From: an uncultured virus (IMG/VR IMGVR_UViG_3300021399_004696)
Lineage: Duplodnaviria; Heunggongvirae; Uroviricota; Caudoviricetes
Direction: 5' to 3' (one strand)
IMG/VR virus record: IMGVR_UViG_3300021399_004696
DNA: 63,371 nt
Both the position numbers and the translations under genes were made by a program. This document shows, piece after piece, positions 37,744 to 48,073 of this stretch (the stretch's first letter is position 1; every line of letters begins with the position of its first letter). The notes beneath the pieces are model-generated. The model had not been told where the DNA came from, did no database searches, and saw only the letters and a program-made list of their open reading frames with translations.

Positions 37744-37974
37744 ATGAATAACGCCAGAAGAAAAGAACTCAATGAGGCTCTCGAATTGATCTACCAGGCT
37801 CAGGACATTATCAATTCCTGCAAGGATGACGAGGAGATGTATCGAGACAACATGCCGGAAAACCTTCAGGGGTCGGAAAAGTATGAGCGTGCAGATGAGG
37901 TTATCGATACTCTTCAGGAAGCAGTTGACGGTCTGGATGAAGTGATCGGAAAGGTAGAAGAAGCTGCAGAATAA
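37744..37974 (+). CDS. hypothetical protein
   Basis: MNNARRKEL..DNMPENLQGSEKYE, a common phage/MGE motif type. Confidence 0.78.
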   Translation: MNNARRKELNEALELIYQAQDIINSCKDDEEMYRDNMPENLQGSEKYERADEVIDTLQEAVDGLDEVIGKVEEAAE

Positions 37975-38019
37975 AGCAGTCGGAAACGTTGATTTTACGG
38001 GGTCGAACGCTCTTTCTTA

Positions 38020-38082
38020 CCGGGTGTTCGGCCCTTAAAAATGCGATAATTTAACTATCAAAAGAGGAAGAGAGGATCTTTT
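38020..38082 (+). promoter_or_regulatory. CCGGG-N20-GATAAT promoter plus conserved leader/RBS cassette
   Basis: Shared with the 23840 and 36674 copies. Confidence 0.75.
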
Positions 38083-38083
38083 T

Positions 38084-38722
38084 ATGGGTCAGTATTACAA
38101 GACACTTCTCACCAGACCGGACGGCACAAAAGAGGCTTATTGCTCTCATAACTGTCACATTACTTATCATTTTGATAACGGCAGAGAGTTCAGATCTTTT
38201 GTCGGCATCAAGCTGATGGAACACTCCTGGATCGGCAATCCTTTCGTTAACAGGATCTGCAAGAACATCCTTAATAATCCCGCAAGAGTTGCCTGGGTCG
38301 GCGACTATGCAGACGCCGAGGATGTTTATGTTAACAAGGACGAATCCTTCACCGCCGAGCTGATCACACAACTTTCCTCTGACTGCTGGGGTGGTGAAAA
38401 CGAAGAAGCAGAGATCAAAGAATCCCCTTCGCCGGCTCTCCACAGATTCAGATATAGGGGCCGTTATCTGGTCAACCACACCAAGAAAGAGATCCTGGAT
38501 TTCGACTCCTATCTTGATCAGTACACAGCAGAAGAAAAGGAGTACGGTATCCCGCATCCGCTTTCACTCCTGACCGCTATCGGTAATGGTAAGGGCGGGG
38601 GAGACTACAGAGGAGACGAGGTCAAAGACGGTGTCGGTTCCTGGGCTAACGACCTTCTGGAGATCACGGATGATTACCCGACACAAGGTTACAACTGGGT
38701 AATGTTCAAGTTCCTCGAATAA
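38084..38722 (+). CDS. hypothetical protein
   Basis: MGQYY..KLMEHSW..HPLSLLTA.GNG.GGGDY..VGSWA.D, a conserved MGE motif type. Confidence 0.78.
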   Translation: MGQYYKTLLTRPDGTKEAYCSHNCHITYHFDNGREFRSFVGIKLMEHSWIGNPFVNRICKNILNNPARVAWVGDYADAEDVYVNKDESFTAELITQLSSDCWGGENEEAEIKESPSPALHRFRYRGRYLVNHTKKEILDFDSYLDQYTAEEKEYGIPHPLSLLTAIGNGKGGGDYRGDEVKDGVGSWANDLLEITDDYPTQGYNWVMFKFLE

Positions 38723-38887
38723 CTTGAAACGCCGAATGAATTGAACCGAACGGGTTCGGAGGCACCTTACTTCCGGGCCCGTTTTTAGCGGCTGATCCGC
38801 AGCGTTTGAAACTACAAAAAAGACGATCTTTAGACCAATATCTTTAACCGGTAATTCCCGCTAAACCCCTGTGCCGGTGCGGTTTTG

Positions 38888-38918
38888 CCGGGCTTTGTTG
38901 TGCTGTTCTCTTTATAAT
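38888..38918 (+). promoter_or_regulatory. CCGGG-N20-TATAAT element promoter
   Basis: Recurrent fixed-spacing motif with perfect -10. Confidence 0.72.
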
Positions 38919-38951
38919 TAAAGTATAAAAATATATAAGGAGGGCGGAGCG

Positions 38952-39200
38952 ATGACAACTACTGTTTACTTCTCGAACACTTCACATCTTGAACCTAAAC
39001 CCATCCCCATGCGTGTTGCCATCCGCAACGCCGAGGGTTCCTTTAAATCAGAAGACGGACGCTTTTTTACTATTGTCGCAGAGCTGGTTTCGGTATCAGA
39101 AGACGGCACTCTTATCTTCCGCAAGGTGCCCGGTTCAGACGAACTTTCCGACTATGCCGACTACTTCAACACCGACTCAAAAGTGGTCTTCTGTTTCTAA
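38952..39200 (+). CDS. hypothetical protein
   Basis: AAGGAGG RBS. Confidence 0.65.
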   Translation: MTTTVYFSNTSHLEPKPIPMRVAIRNAEGSFKSEDGRFFTIVAELVSVSEDGTLIFRKVPGSDELSDYADYFNTDSKVVFCF

Positions 39201-39239
39201 TATCTTAATCGGACTAAGCAGGGAAGAGGTGCAGCTTTT

Positions 39240-39737
39240 ATGACGAATATGGCTATGATCAACAAGTGCCTGGATCACTTTTTTACATCACTTTGTATCT
39301 TGAACCACTGGCACCCCCTGTTTAAAAAGGGCCGGAACGAATTTGTCGAGCGGTTCGTTATCTGCAAGATCTACACTTTTTTCAGTGAAGCTTCTGCCTA
39401 CAATTCGATCCTTATCGTCTACGGTTTCGTCGCCGAGGATTTGAACGTCAACAGCTCCGGCTTGAGCTATATCGAGTACGTCATTTCCGATGACGGAACG
39501 ATCATAATCCCGATGCTTCCGTTCGAGTTTTCCGTTAACAGGCTCGAAGAGATCGACACCTACATTGATGACTTTAATACGGCTTGGGCCGGCACGGCAG
39601 GGAAGATTATTAACCACACGGATCTCTTTCCGACTCTTCGCAAAAACCTTGACCGCATAATAGAAAACCGCTACCCCGTATCCAGCTCCGAGGCCTTTAA
39701 CAATATCCGAAACACTTTTAAAAAGCATAGTAACTAA
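39240..39737 (+). CDS. hypothetical protein
   Basis: ORF in operon context. Confidence 0.6.
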   Translation: MTNMAMINKCLDHFFTSLCILNHWHPLFKKGRNEFVERFVICKIYTFFSEASAYNSILIVYGFVAEDLNVNSSGLSYIEYVISDDGTIIIPMLPFEFSVNRLEEIDTYIDDFNTAWAGTAGKIINHTDLFPTLRKNLDRIIENRYPVSSSEAFNNIRNTFKKHSN

Positions 39738-39750
39738 GGAGACAGACTAC

Positions 39751-40272
39751 ATGAATGATCCCGCAAATCCTTTAACCGAAGTTCGCTTCATCGCTTCAAA
39801 AGATCTCCAGGCGTTGGAGTCTTTTTTGAATATCTATTCCAAAGCCCCCGAACTGTTTTTCTTCAACTGGGAGCTGAAAGACATCTTAAACGACGCCCCG
39901 GAAGACGGTCAGGACTACTGGGTCGGCATCTTCCGCGACTCCACGTTATGCGGTATTTGTTCTATAGGTCAGGACGAAGAATTTGATTGGCAGGCAGCAA
40001 AGCTTACCCCTATTAAGGGCCGTCTTTTACTCTCCGACGTGTATGTCTTACCCGAGTTCCGTCATCAGAACCTGGGCTCCGATCTGGTACGCGGTACTCT
40101 GGCTCTGGCCTCCGAATCGTACCCCTCGCACGAGATCCGTCTCTCTGTTTTAGAGGATTCCCTCGTACCCTTTTACGAGAACCTCGGCTTCACTTTGATC
40201 GATCCCGACTGCGGGGAGATGTCCTATTTAATGCCTGAACTTACTTCTGCCCCCGACGGAAGAGAGCTATAA
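39751..40272 (+). CDS. GNAT-family acetyltransferase (C-terminus GREL)
   Basis: VYVLPEFRHQNLGS..FYENLGF. Confidence 0.85.
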   Translation: MNDPANPLTEVRFIASKDLQALESFLNIYSKAPELFFFNWELKDILNDAPEDGQDYWVGIFRDSTLCGICSIGQDEEFDWQAAKLTPIKGRLLLSDVYVLPEFRHQNLGSDLVRGTLALASESYPSHEIRLSVLEDSLVPFYENLGFTLIDPDCGEMSYLMPELTSAPDGREL

Positions 40273-40289
40273 TGTTCACCCCCAATCCT

Positions 40290-42080
40290 TCAGCCCAAAT
40301 CCCTTTTTCTTTTCAACATCTTTTGTTTAAAAACATTCAAGCCCCTGTACTGTCTGTCCATACAGGCCGTCTTTTTTGCCCGCCTTTATTAATGGCCCTC
40401 AGTACTGTTTTCTCTTAACCAAACTTCCTGAACCGTCTTATCCATTCCGACTTTTTCTTACTACCTTCCGTATCGACATGCTCTGTACTATATATCACTT
40501 TTGTATCAACGGGGCTGATATGTCGCGGGCGTTTTCGTGCAGCACTGCTCCCGTCAACTCGGCCTTCTTCGGCACGATCTTTCATATCCGAGCCCTCGGT
40601 TTTGTTTCGGCAGGGAAGACCTGTCATTGCCATCTCGCCAGGATAAGATCGTTCTTTTTCGGCACATCGATCTTGTTTTTCTTGTTTTTCCCATCCTTAA
40701 TTATCCGCAACGAGGGCCTCCGAAATGCTCCTTCGGATCTGCCTCTTTCTTCTCTGTCTATTCCGTTCTTCCTATCCGAATCGACCCGTCAGTTCGGGGG
40801 CCTGCTCATTAATATCATCTCAGAAACCAGTCTTCAGTTCTTCTTTTTTCAGCATCGGTTTTCTTTACTGCAGTCCTCAAAACTACTATCAGAACCACTC
40901 TTCATTTCGGGGGCTTTCCTTAATGATTGTCCTGCACTTATGAACATTTTATCTACAATATCTACACTGCCTCATCTCCATTACCCGGCCCTCGGTTATG
41001 TTCTTTTCGAAACGCTCAAGCCTTACCCGAAGCCTGAATCGCCGTCTCGGTTCTGACCCTCATTTCGTACTGTCCATTCATTTCCGAATTGGCATAACGG
41101 GGGCCTCTTTATTGTCCCCCTTATCATTTCTTCTGACTTGACTTTACCCCGAAAATCTGCTTCGACACCGCCTTTCGAATCGTTCTTTTGATTCCCGTTC
41201 TCTGACCTGATATCTTCATACCGGCCCATCAATATCTCCATATCTTTCACGCTGATCTTATCTGATCCTTTTTATAAAGAGCACTCAGAAATGCTCTCTC
41301 ATTTCTCATTCTTTGAGCCGATATCATCCGTATTGCCACCCTCGTTTTTGCGCCTTCATCTGCACGATTTGGCAGAAATGTATTGGCATTTCGGGGGCCT
41401 CTTTAATGATCTTTCATGGTCACTTTTATCGGAAATGCTCCCATAATTCCGACTGCTTTTACTTGACTTTCACCCGGATCTGTGCGTTGAAATGCAGGTG
41501 GAAATACGCATTCGATTCTCTATTTTCACAATAAATTTCATGACGGTTTTTGGTGACGAATCTCGGATTTGGACGGCAGAATCGGGAGTGCATTTCGGGG
41601 GGCTGTTGATAGATTTTTTCTTTAATGTTGGCGTTTATTTTGAACAATTTCATGCCGAAGTTCTTCTCTGAAAAGCTTGATTGCTTATCTGATTTTATAG
41701 GCTGAACTGTATGTTTCAGACTGCTGACTTCGATCTGTTTTCTCCTTCTGTCGGCCTGTCTTGTCTGATTTTTGAATGCCTTTTTTGAGATGCTATCTGC
41801 ATTGGGCTCGACCTCTGACCGCCACCTCTACCCGAATCTTACCCGGAGCAAAACACCGACTCGAAAATCTTACCCACACACCCTCAAAAGGCCTACCCGG
41901 AGAAAATCTCGGTGTGCGAGCGGTTTACCTTCGGTGTGCATTAGGTGTGCATATATTGTGCATTGTTTATGCGAGTGTTATGCGTGGGTAATGTAACTGT
42001 TATGCACGAAAAATGGAGCAAGCATACCGGGCGAAACGTGTGTAACACACAATAAAGCGCTTTTTTCTACCCGCGATTTA
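40290..42080. other. long non-coding pyrimidine-rich region with dispersed short repeats; candidate origin (oriV or oriT)
   Basis: No credible CDS; repeated TTCGGGGGC, GAAATGCTC and TACCC motifs; C-rich to G-rich switch near 41.9 kb. Confidence 0.4.
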
Positions 42081-42115
42081 TACTGAAATCAGCACAAAAA
42101 GTGGAGGTGTTAAAG

Positions 42116-42604
42116 ATGAAGAACTTCGACCTTTTTGGAACACAGGCCAGATTCCAGTTGATCGTTGAGAAGGATAGGAGAGGGAACGGTATCAACATTT
42201 GCTTCGTCGATGTACAGGATCAGTTCAATCTCATAAGGGGTACAAAAACAGTCCCCTTTTCACTCCCGACCGGAACCGCATTTGTTCCTTTCATAAGTGA
42301 TGGTGTTGATGTAGCCCGCCTGCTGTTTGACGACAAGCTGGCTATCCCGGATAACCACCCGGATTCAAAAGCAACACAAGAGATGTTGGACAAAAGGGAA
42401 GACGGAATTTTTATGAGATTTGATGTCGAGCGTTTGAAGGAGTTCGACGCCCAGGGTGTAACCCGCTATTCGAAAAAAGTCGGGATACCTACAGACGATC
42501 TTGAGGACTGCTTCATGATCGCCGAGGGCAACTGGGGCGGAGAGGATTCCATGATCGATTATTTCGCAAACAAGAGCGAAGCTTCCGTTGAGTACGGTCT
42601 ATAA
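42116..42604 (+). CDS. hypothetical protein
   Basis: GGAGG RBS. Confidence 0.7.
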   Translation: MKNFDLFGTQARFQLIVEKDRRGNGINICFVDVQDQFNLIRGTKTVPFSLPTGTAFVPFISDGVDVARLLFDDKLAIPDNHPDSKATQEMLDKREDGIFMRFDVERLKEFDAQGVTRYSKKVGIPTDDLEDCFMIAEGNWGGEDSMIDYFANKSEASVEYGL

Positions 42605-42649
42605 GATCTCTTTTCGGTGCATTCATTTTACATAAGGAGAATTTCAGAA

Positions 42650-44728
42650 ATGGGCATTAATCAAAACAGACTTACTGAGAAGATCGGGGGCGAACATAAA
42701 CCTTTTATAGTTTACAATGTTGAGACCACCGGTTGTATGAACGGAAACAACAATAAGGTTACTCAGATAGCTCTTGCTTCCTATGAGTGGAACAAGTCAG
42801 CTAAGAGGTACGAACTTCAGGATCACATCTTTATGCTGGCCAAACCCGATCCCGAGATCCTGAGACAGATCCAGCAGGCGGAGAAGCCTACTGCAGATAA
42901 TGTATATCGTAATATCAAGTCTCAGTATGAGTACGAATTCTTGGCTGAGATTAAGTCGGCGCTTAAGTACAATTCAAAGCAGTTGGAAAAATACAAAGCC
43001 GATTTTGATGCGGTTAAAGCCGGTACTTACAAGGGGCGTTTTTCTGCAACGGTCGTCAAGACTCGTTATGAGACTTATCTGAAAAAGCATCAGTCTCTTC
43101 AGGACGAATACGATCGCAAGGTTGCTCTGAAAGAATCCCTCGGCGATAAGTTGTTTGATACACCTGAATTTGATGCGTACGCCAAAGAGCATTTCGATGA
43201 AGTTCAGAAGGATATGAAAACAGCTCCTAAGCTTGAGAAGGTTTTGCAGACACAGGGTCTTGATCTTGATTCTTACATTAAAGAGGGAAAAGGTCTCGAT
43301 GCAAAAGAGATGCAGACCGGTATCGCGGCCTTCCTGAAAAAATATGATAGTAAGGATACATATTTTATAACTAATGGCACTTATTATCAGAATCACTATC
43401 TGGCTAAAGAGGGCATGAAGATCGACAAGGATTCTGACCACATCATAGATTACGCCATCATAGCTAAAGAACAGACAGCTCTGCACTATTACACGGAAGT
43501 AGTCGATTTCGCCGATGCCTATTTCACTTCTACTGGCAAGAAGATCGAAACGTTCGACGCCTTCACCAAAGCTTTGTGCTATGCGGAGATGGCGGCGCGT
43601 AACTGTAATATCGATCTGGTTAATCGCAGCTTGGAGCATCTGACCAACGAAGCGGCTAACTGCGCATTTAATAACGATGATAATTATGTTATGTCTTTAG
43701 CATGTATGGCAAACAAGAATTGGACTTCCATTAACGAAGCTATCCTGGCTGACTATACTTTCGATTCTTTGCAGTATGTTGAGTTTGGCAACGACAGAAG
43801 GTATGTGGATCTTGATAAGATGTTTGAAGTAAACAACAATTTCGAGATTACACTCGAAGGCGACAAGACTCCCATTAAGAGTTGGGAAGAACTTGAAAAC
43901 AAGATCAAGGCTTTGAACAGCCACATTTCTCCCGACCTTTTGGACAGGATCAAAACAAAATACATGGAGATCGAAAACGACCTTCAGGTAAAGAAGGGAG
44001 CCAAGGTTCCTGAAAAGAAAGTTGCTGCGACTAAGGCAGTGCCTAAAAAGGAAAAGCCTCAGCCGGCACCTCAACAGGTTGCAGACAAAGAACCCGAAGA
44101 AGCTCCTATAGATTTCGGAGATCTTCCTCTGGTCGAAGAGATCAATAAAGCTGAAAAAGAAAGAGAAGCTCAGAAGGTTGAAGATAAGCCTGCAGTTGAG
44201 CCTGAGAAGACCGAGGTAGAAAAGGTACTGGATCTGGATGCTAAGCTCAGACAGATGGATGCTACGATCCTTCGTGTTTCTCAGAAACAGCAGAATGCAG
44301 TTGAAAGAGCATATAAGCAGATGGTTAATGTCGCTCGTGTACTTCTGCCCGAGATGTCTGTTCTGGTTAAGTTGAACGAAAAAGGCTTTGGTAATCATAC
44401 CGAGATAGAAGTCGGAGGGGTAATGTATACCGAAGAGCTTTGCAAGACACTTATCAATCAAGCATCAACGAAGCCTGACGAGGTCCCGTATAACAGTAGT
44501 CAAAGTTGTCAAGATCTTATCGAAATCTGCGCACAAAACCAGGTCAGTCGCACAACGTTCAAACAGTTGTTTGATAAGGAATATATTGCTACAACAGTTA
44601 GTGATATAAGATCATACGCTTTGGATATCTTGGAGAAAGAACTTAAAAAGAACCTTCAACAGGAAGAACTCTTTGCTGAAATTCCCGAAAACGTAGAGTT
44701 TGATCCGAAAGACTTTCAAGGACTTTAA
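42650..44728 (+). CDS. large protein with degenerate DnaQ/DEDDh exonuclease-like N-terminus
   Basis: IVYNVETTG..VTQIA (first catalytic Asp replaced by Asn). Confidence 0.65.
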   Translation: MGINQNRLTEKIGGEHKPFIVYNVETTGCMNGNNNKVTQIALASYEWNKSAKRYELQDHIFMLAKPDPEILRQIQQAEKPTADNVYRNIKSQYEYEFLAEIKSALKYNSKQLEKYKADFDAVKAGTYKGRFSATVVKTRYETYLKKHQSLQDEYDRKVALKESLGDKLFDTPEFDAYAKEHFDEVQKDMKTAPKLEKVLQTQGLDLDSYIKEGKGLDAKEMQTGIAAFLKKYDSKDTYFITNGTYYQNHYLAKEGMKIDKDSDHIIDYAIIAKEQTALHYYTEVVDFADAYFTSTGKKIETFDAFTKALCYAEMAARNCNIDLVNRSLEHLTNEAANCAFNNDDNYVMSLACMANKNWTSINEAILADYTFDSLQYVEFGNDRRYVDLDKMFEVNNNFEITLEGDKTPIKSWEELENKIKALNSHISPDLLDRIKTKYMEIENDLQVKKGAKVPEKKVAATKAVPKKEKPQPAPQQVADKEPEEAPIDFGDLPLVEEINKAEKEREAQKVEDKPAVEPEKTEVEKVLDLDAKLRQMDATILRVSQKQQNAVERAYKQMVNVARVLLPEMSVLVKLNEKGFGNHTEIEVGGVMYTEELCKTLINQASTKPDEVPYNSSQSCQDLIEICAQNQVSRTTFKQLFDKEYIATTVSDIRSYALDILEKELKKNLQQEELFAEIPENVEFDPKDFQGL

Positions 44729-44750
44729 GATATAAAGGGAAGGATAATTG

Positions 44751-45128
44751 ATGGATTCACAAGTTAAGGCTCAATACGATTATTATCAAAGTCTTATCTA
44801 TGGTGAAATAGAACACCACAAGAAAAACGATGCCACTCCATCGGGGTGGCATGCTCTTGTGAAAGAATTTCAGTTATACTGCAAAGCTATCGAGGATGAT
44901 GGAGATAAAAACTTGAAGATCAAAGCAGTGTTATCCCAACAGATCCCCGACGCCGTTCCTGAAGATACTATCATCCGCGAAGGGGACATCGTCTATATGT
45001 ATACGTTTGCTCGGTACTATGCCACTCGCGACGATCTGTTTATTTACAGAACACAGAACGGCCGTACTTATCTGCTGAATCCTGAAGAGCCTCCTGACGA
45101 CTTGGGTTTCTTGGGTTTTTATGAATAA
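44751..45128 (+). CDS. hypothetical protein
   Basis: ORF with RBS. Confidence 0.65.
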   Translation: MDSQVKAQYDYYQSLIYGEIEHHKKNDATPSGWHALVKEFQLYCKAIEDDGDKNLKIKAVLSQQIPDAVPEDTIIREGDIVYMYTFARYYATRDDLFIYRTQNGRTYLLNPEEPPDDLGFLGFYE

Positions 45129-45163
45129 TTTTGTAACTGTCCTATAAAACGGGCTAAAAAAGA

Positions 45164-45192
45164 TTGACAAGAACAAATGTACTTACTATAAT
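45164..45192 (+). promoter_or_regulatory. canonical sigmaA promoter with LexA/DinR-like box in the spacer
   Basis: TTGACA-17bp-TATAAT; GAACAAATGTAC at 45171-45182. Confidence 0.65.
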
Positions 45193-45269
45193 CCGGATAC
45201 ATACTACAGCTGACAAGGGGAAAGGAGGTTGTACACATGTATCCGTATTTTAATACGTCTTAGGTGTTA

Positions 45270-45300
45270 CCGGGCATTTTGTTTGTTTATGCAATAAATT
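45270..45300 (+). promoter_or_regulatory. CCGGG-N20-TAAATT element promoter
   Basis: Recurrent motif, weak -10. Confidence 0.45.
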
Positions 45301-45382
45301 ATTGGTATGAACAAACTGGGAAAGGATGCATTTCTTAATAATCGGCGATCGGCTACGCCTTTAAGAAATTAATTGTGGAACT

Positions 45383-46846
45383 ATGTCAGAGGTTTTTGTC
45401 CCTCACGACTATCAACGAATGGCCATAGATAAGATCAAGCGATGCAGGTCTGTGGCTCTGCTTTTGGATTGCGGTCTTGGTAAAACCCCGATCATATTAA
45501 ATTCGATAGTTGAAATGGGTTTAAAAAATGTATTGGTAATTGCTCCTAAAAATGTTGCGGAAACCGTATGGGAACAAGAGGCCAGAAAATGGAAACAGAC
45601 AGAACATCTTAAATTTGCACGCGTTTTGGGTAATCAAAAGCAACGTTTAGCGGCTTTAAGAGAGAAGGATGTAGATATATATCTGATTTCCAGGGACAAT
45701 CTGGTCTGGTTTAAAAATCTTGAACAGCCCAGAATACACCTCGACAGGTTCTCAATGATCGTTATTGACGAATCGTCCTCTTTTAAGAATCCTGAAGCAA
45801 AGAGGACTATGGCTCTCTACGATCTTCCTCATCCCCGTAAGGTTATCTTGACGGCAACACCGGCCCCCAAAAATCTGCTGGATCTTTTTTCTCAGTATAA
45901 GATCTTGGATTGTGGTTGGTCGCTGGGCGACAATTATTATGAATTCCGCGGTCAGTATTTTTACGACAAAAACGGAGGTTTTGGAAAATATAAGAATTGG
46001 CAGCCCGTCAAAGGTGCAGAGCAGGAGATCTTCCGCTTGATAGATCCTATTACACTGTCTATGCGAAGTAAGGATCTGTTGCATTTGCCCCCTAAGATAG
46101 ACCTTGTTAATACTGTGTGTTTGAGTGAAGGGGAGAGGGCAGCATATAACAAATTGAAAAAGGAATGCATACTCAAATTTATTGAGTCGGCAGATCCCGA
46201 AAGAAACATAAGAGAAGTAGTAGCAAAGAATTCGGGAGTTTTGACCATGAAGCTCACCCAGTTTGCTAACGGTTTTGTTTATTCGAAAGATAAAGGTACA
46301 AACGAGTTTCATGTTACAGACATTCATCAACGTAAGCTTGATGCTTTAGAGGCCATTTTAGAAGCGTGTAATAACGAGTGTGTCTTGGTTGCATATCAAT
46401 TCACACATGATGCAGAGCGTTTAGCGGAACTTGCGACAAAAATGGGGCTTAATTGGCTTAACCTCAAAGAACCTAAAAACGTACTTAAACTTCAAAACGA
46501 GGGATGCGATGTCGCGTTCTTGCATCCGAAGTCTGCCGGTTTCGGACTGAATCTTCAGGGGGCTTCACACCGATTGGTATGGTATTCGCTTCCTTGGTCT
46601 TATGAAGAGGCCGAACAAACTCTTAAGCGTGTATACAGACAGGGCCAAAAAGAAACAACTTATATACACACTTTACTTTGTAAAGATTCTAAAGACGAAG
46701 ATATCGTACAAGCCTTGAGTTGCAAGGAAGGATTTAACGAAAGGCTGAAGGAGCAAACGTTGGCATATGTTGTTAATGAAGTCGGGCTTTCAGTTAACGA
46801 CATAAAAGAAAACACGAAGATGATTACATTAAAGGAGCGTATTTGA
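45383..46846 (+). CDS. SNF2-family (phage-type) DEAD/H helicase
   Basis: LDCGLGKT, VIDESS, LTATP, SAGFGLNLQ, RVYRQGQ. Confidence 0.9.
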   Translation: MSEVFVPHDYQRMAIDKIKRCRSVALLLDCGLGKTPIILNSIVEMGLKNVLVIAPKNVAETVWEQEARKWKQTEHLKFARVLGNQKQRLAALREKDVDIYLISRDNLVWFKNLEQPRIHLDRFSMIVIDESSSFKNPEAKRTMALYDLPHPRKVILTATPAPKNLLDLFSQYKILDCGWSLGDNYYEFRGQYFYDKNGGFGKYKNWQPVKGAEQEIFRLIDPITLSMRSKDLLHLPPKIDLVNTVCLSEGERAAYNKLKKECILKFIESADPERNIREVVAKNSGVLTMKLTQFANGFVYSKDKGTNEFHVTDIHQRKLDALEAILEACNNECVLVAYQFTHDAERLAELATKMGLNWLNLKEPKNVLKLQNEGCDVAFLHPKSAGFGLNLQGASHRLVWYSLPWSYEEAEQTLKRVYRQGQKETTYIHTLLCKDSKDEDIVQALSCKEGFNERLKEQTLAYVVNEVGLSVNDIKENTKMITLKERI

Positions 46847-46848
46847 TT

Positions 46849-47190
46849 ATGGACAGACTTAAGATTTCTATTACAGACGACCAGAGAAGTATAGTAGAGG
46901 CCAGATATAGCGAGTCCGAGTTGAATCAAGCTTTTTATGATGCAGGCTCCATTTTAGCGATCTTGATCAAAATGTGCGGTGTCATCTTAAAGGGCGGGGC
47001 AAAAGACCCTGACGCACTCACGCCCGAGGAGCAAAATGCGATCCTTTTAACCATCGTTTCTCAAGCTAATTACATTCTGGACATGTCTAAGATCACCGGG
47101 GATGAGCAGATCTCGGTTCAAGAGATTTCCATCCCTAAGGGCATTGTCGAACTCCTTAAAAACGGAGGTTTGCCCAATGACGATTCGTGA
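46849..47190 (+). CDS. hypothetical protein
   Basis: AAGGAG RBS. Confidence 0.62.
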   Translation: MDRLKISITDDQRSIVEARYSESELNQAFYDAGSILAILIKMCGVILKGGAKDPDALTPEEQNAILLTIVSQANYILDMSKITGDEQISVQEISIPKGIVELLKNGGLPNDDS

Positions 47191-47524
47191 CTATATCGTA
47201 AGTAAAGATCTGCTAAAGCACATGGCTCGGCAGAAAGCTTCATTCGGGGATAACGAATTGCTGACAAGGATCACTTTAATAGAAGATCACTGGAATGAAG
47301 CTTGTCAGTGCTTGACCGAGCCTGAGCGCATCATCATTCGCAAGATGACTAAACAGTTTGATCCGACGCACCCCGACAATGAGGCGATTGCAGCTGAAAT
47401 GGGGGTAGGTGTTCGATACGTACAAAAGCATCGGAAAAACGCCTATATAAAGATGACTACTTATTTGAATGATAACTATAAGACAGACTTGGAATTTGAG
47501 AGGGCATACAGTAAAAGGAGTTAA
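47177..47524 (+). CDS. sigma-70 region-4-like HTH protein (RinA/ArpU-like activator)
   Basis: LTEPERIII..NEAIAAEMGVGVRYVQKHRKNAYIKM. Confidence 0.65.
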   Translation: MTIRDYIVSKDLLKHMARQKASFGDNELLTRITLIEDHWNEACQCLTEPERIIIRKMTKQFDPTHPDNEAIAAEMGVGVRYVQKHRKNAYIKMTTYLNDNYKTDLEFERAYSKRS

Positions 47525-47525
47525 T

Positions 47526-48011
47526 ATGGGGATATTTAACAAAAAGAAAAAGCTGAAAAAGAGCGACCCGAAGAAAGAGGGTAAGCAGACCGAGGAAGCT
47601 AAAAAAAGGATTGAAACTTTAGCCGAGTTTGAGCAAAGGATGGACAAGTCCGAGCAGGAAAGGCGTGAAAAAGAAAGTCTTGTCAATAAGCAGGGCGGGT
47701 ATAAAGTTGAAACTATTCAGATCGGATATTGTTCAGGTATTCCGGTCAAGGGGTCTGAAGATGAGATCGAATTCAGCTCTTTAAACGACATTAGGCGCTG
47801 GGTAAGAAATTCCTTACTGGCCACCAATAATTTTGGTTGGTATAGCGCAACATTCCCCTGGCTGTTTATTCCTTTTAAAGTAGAATTTGTGGACGGGGAT
47901 AAGATCATTCGTATCACCAAGATAACCGGCCCGCGCGATGTGGTTGAATTTGATAGCCAAGCAAGGGATGTTACAGAAAAAATGAAAAACTTTTTAAGAA
48001 GTCTGCCGTAG
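47526..48011 (+). CDS. hypothetical protein
   Basis: AAGGAG RBS. Confidence 0.68.
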   Translation: MGIFNKKKKLKKSDPKKEGKQTEEAKKRIETLAEFEQRMDKSEQERREKESLVNKQGGYKVETIQIGYCSGIPVKGSEDEIEFSSLNDIRRWVRNSLLATNNFGWYSATFPWLFIPFKVEFVDGDKIIRITKITGPRDVVEFDSQARDVTEKMKNFLRSLP

Positions 48012-48026
48012 TCAAAAAAGAGTCCA

Positions 48027-48057
48027 CCGGGTATTTTTTGAGTCGCTTTCCCATAAT
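48027..48057 (+). promoter_or_regulatory. CCGGG-N20-CATAAT element promoter
   Basis: Recurrent fixed-spacing motif. Confidence 0.68.
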
Positions 48058-48073
48058 GTAAAGGAAAGGCAAG

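Noticed and set aside
40376..41056. 226-aa ORF and other ORFs in the 40.3-42.0 kb region
   Set aside because: No RBS; Phe/Ser/Leu-rich composition reflecting pyrimidine bias; no motifs
42027..42060. CCGGG upstream of 42116 as a member of the promoter family
   Set aside because: No -10-like hexamer at the 20-nt spacing
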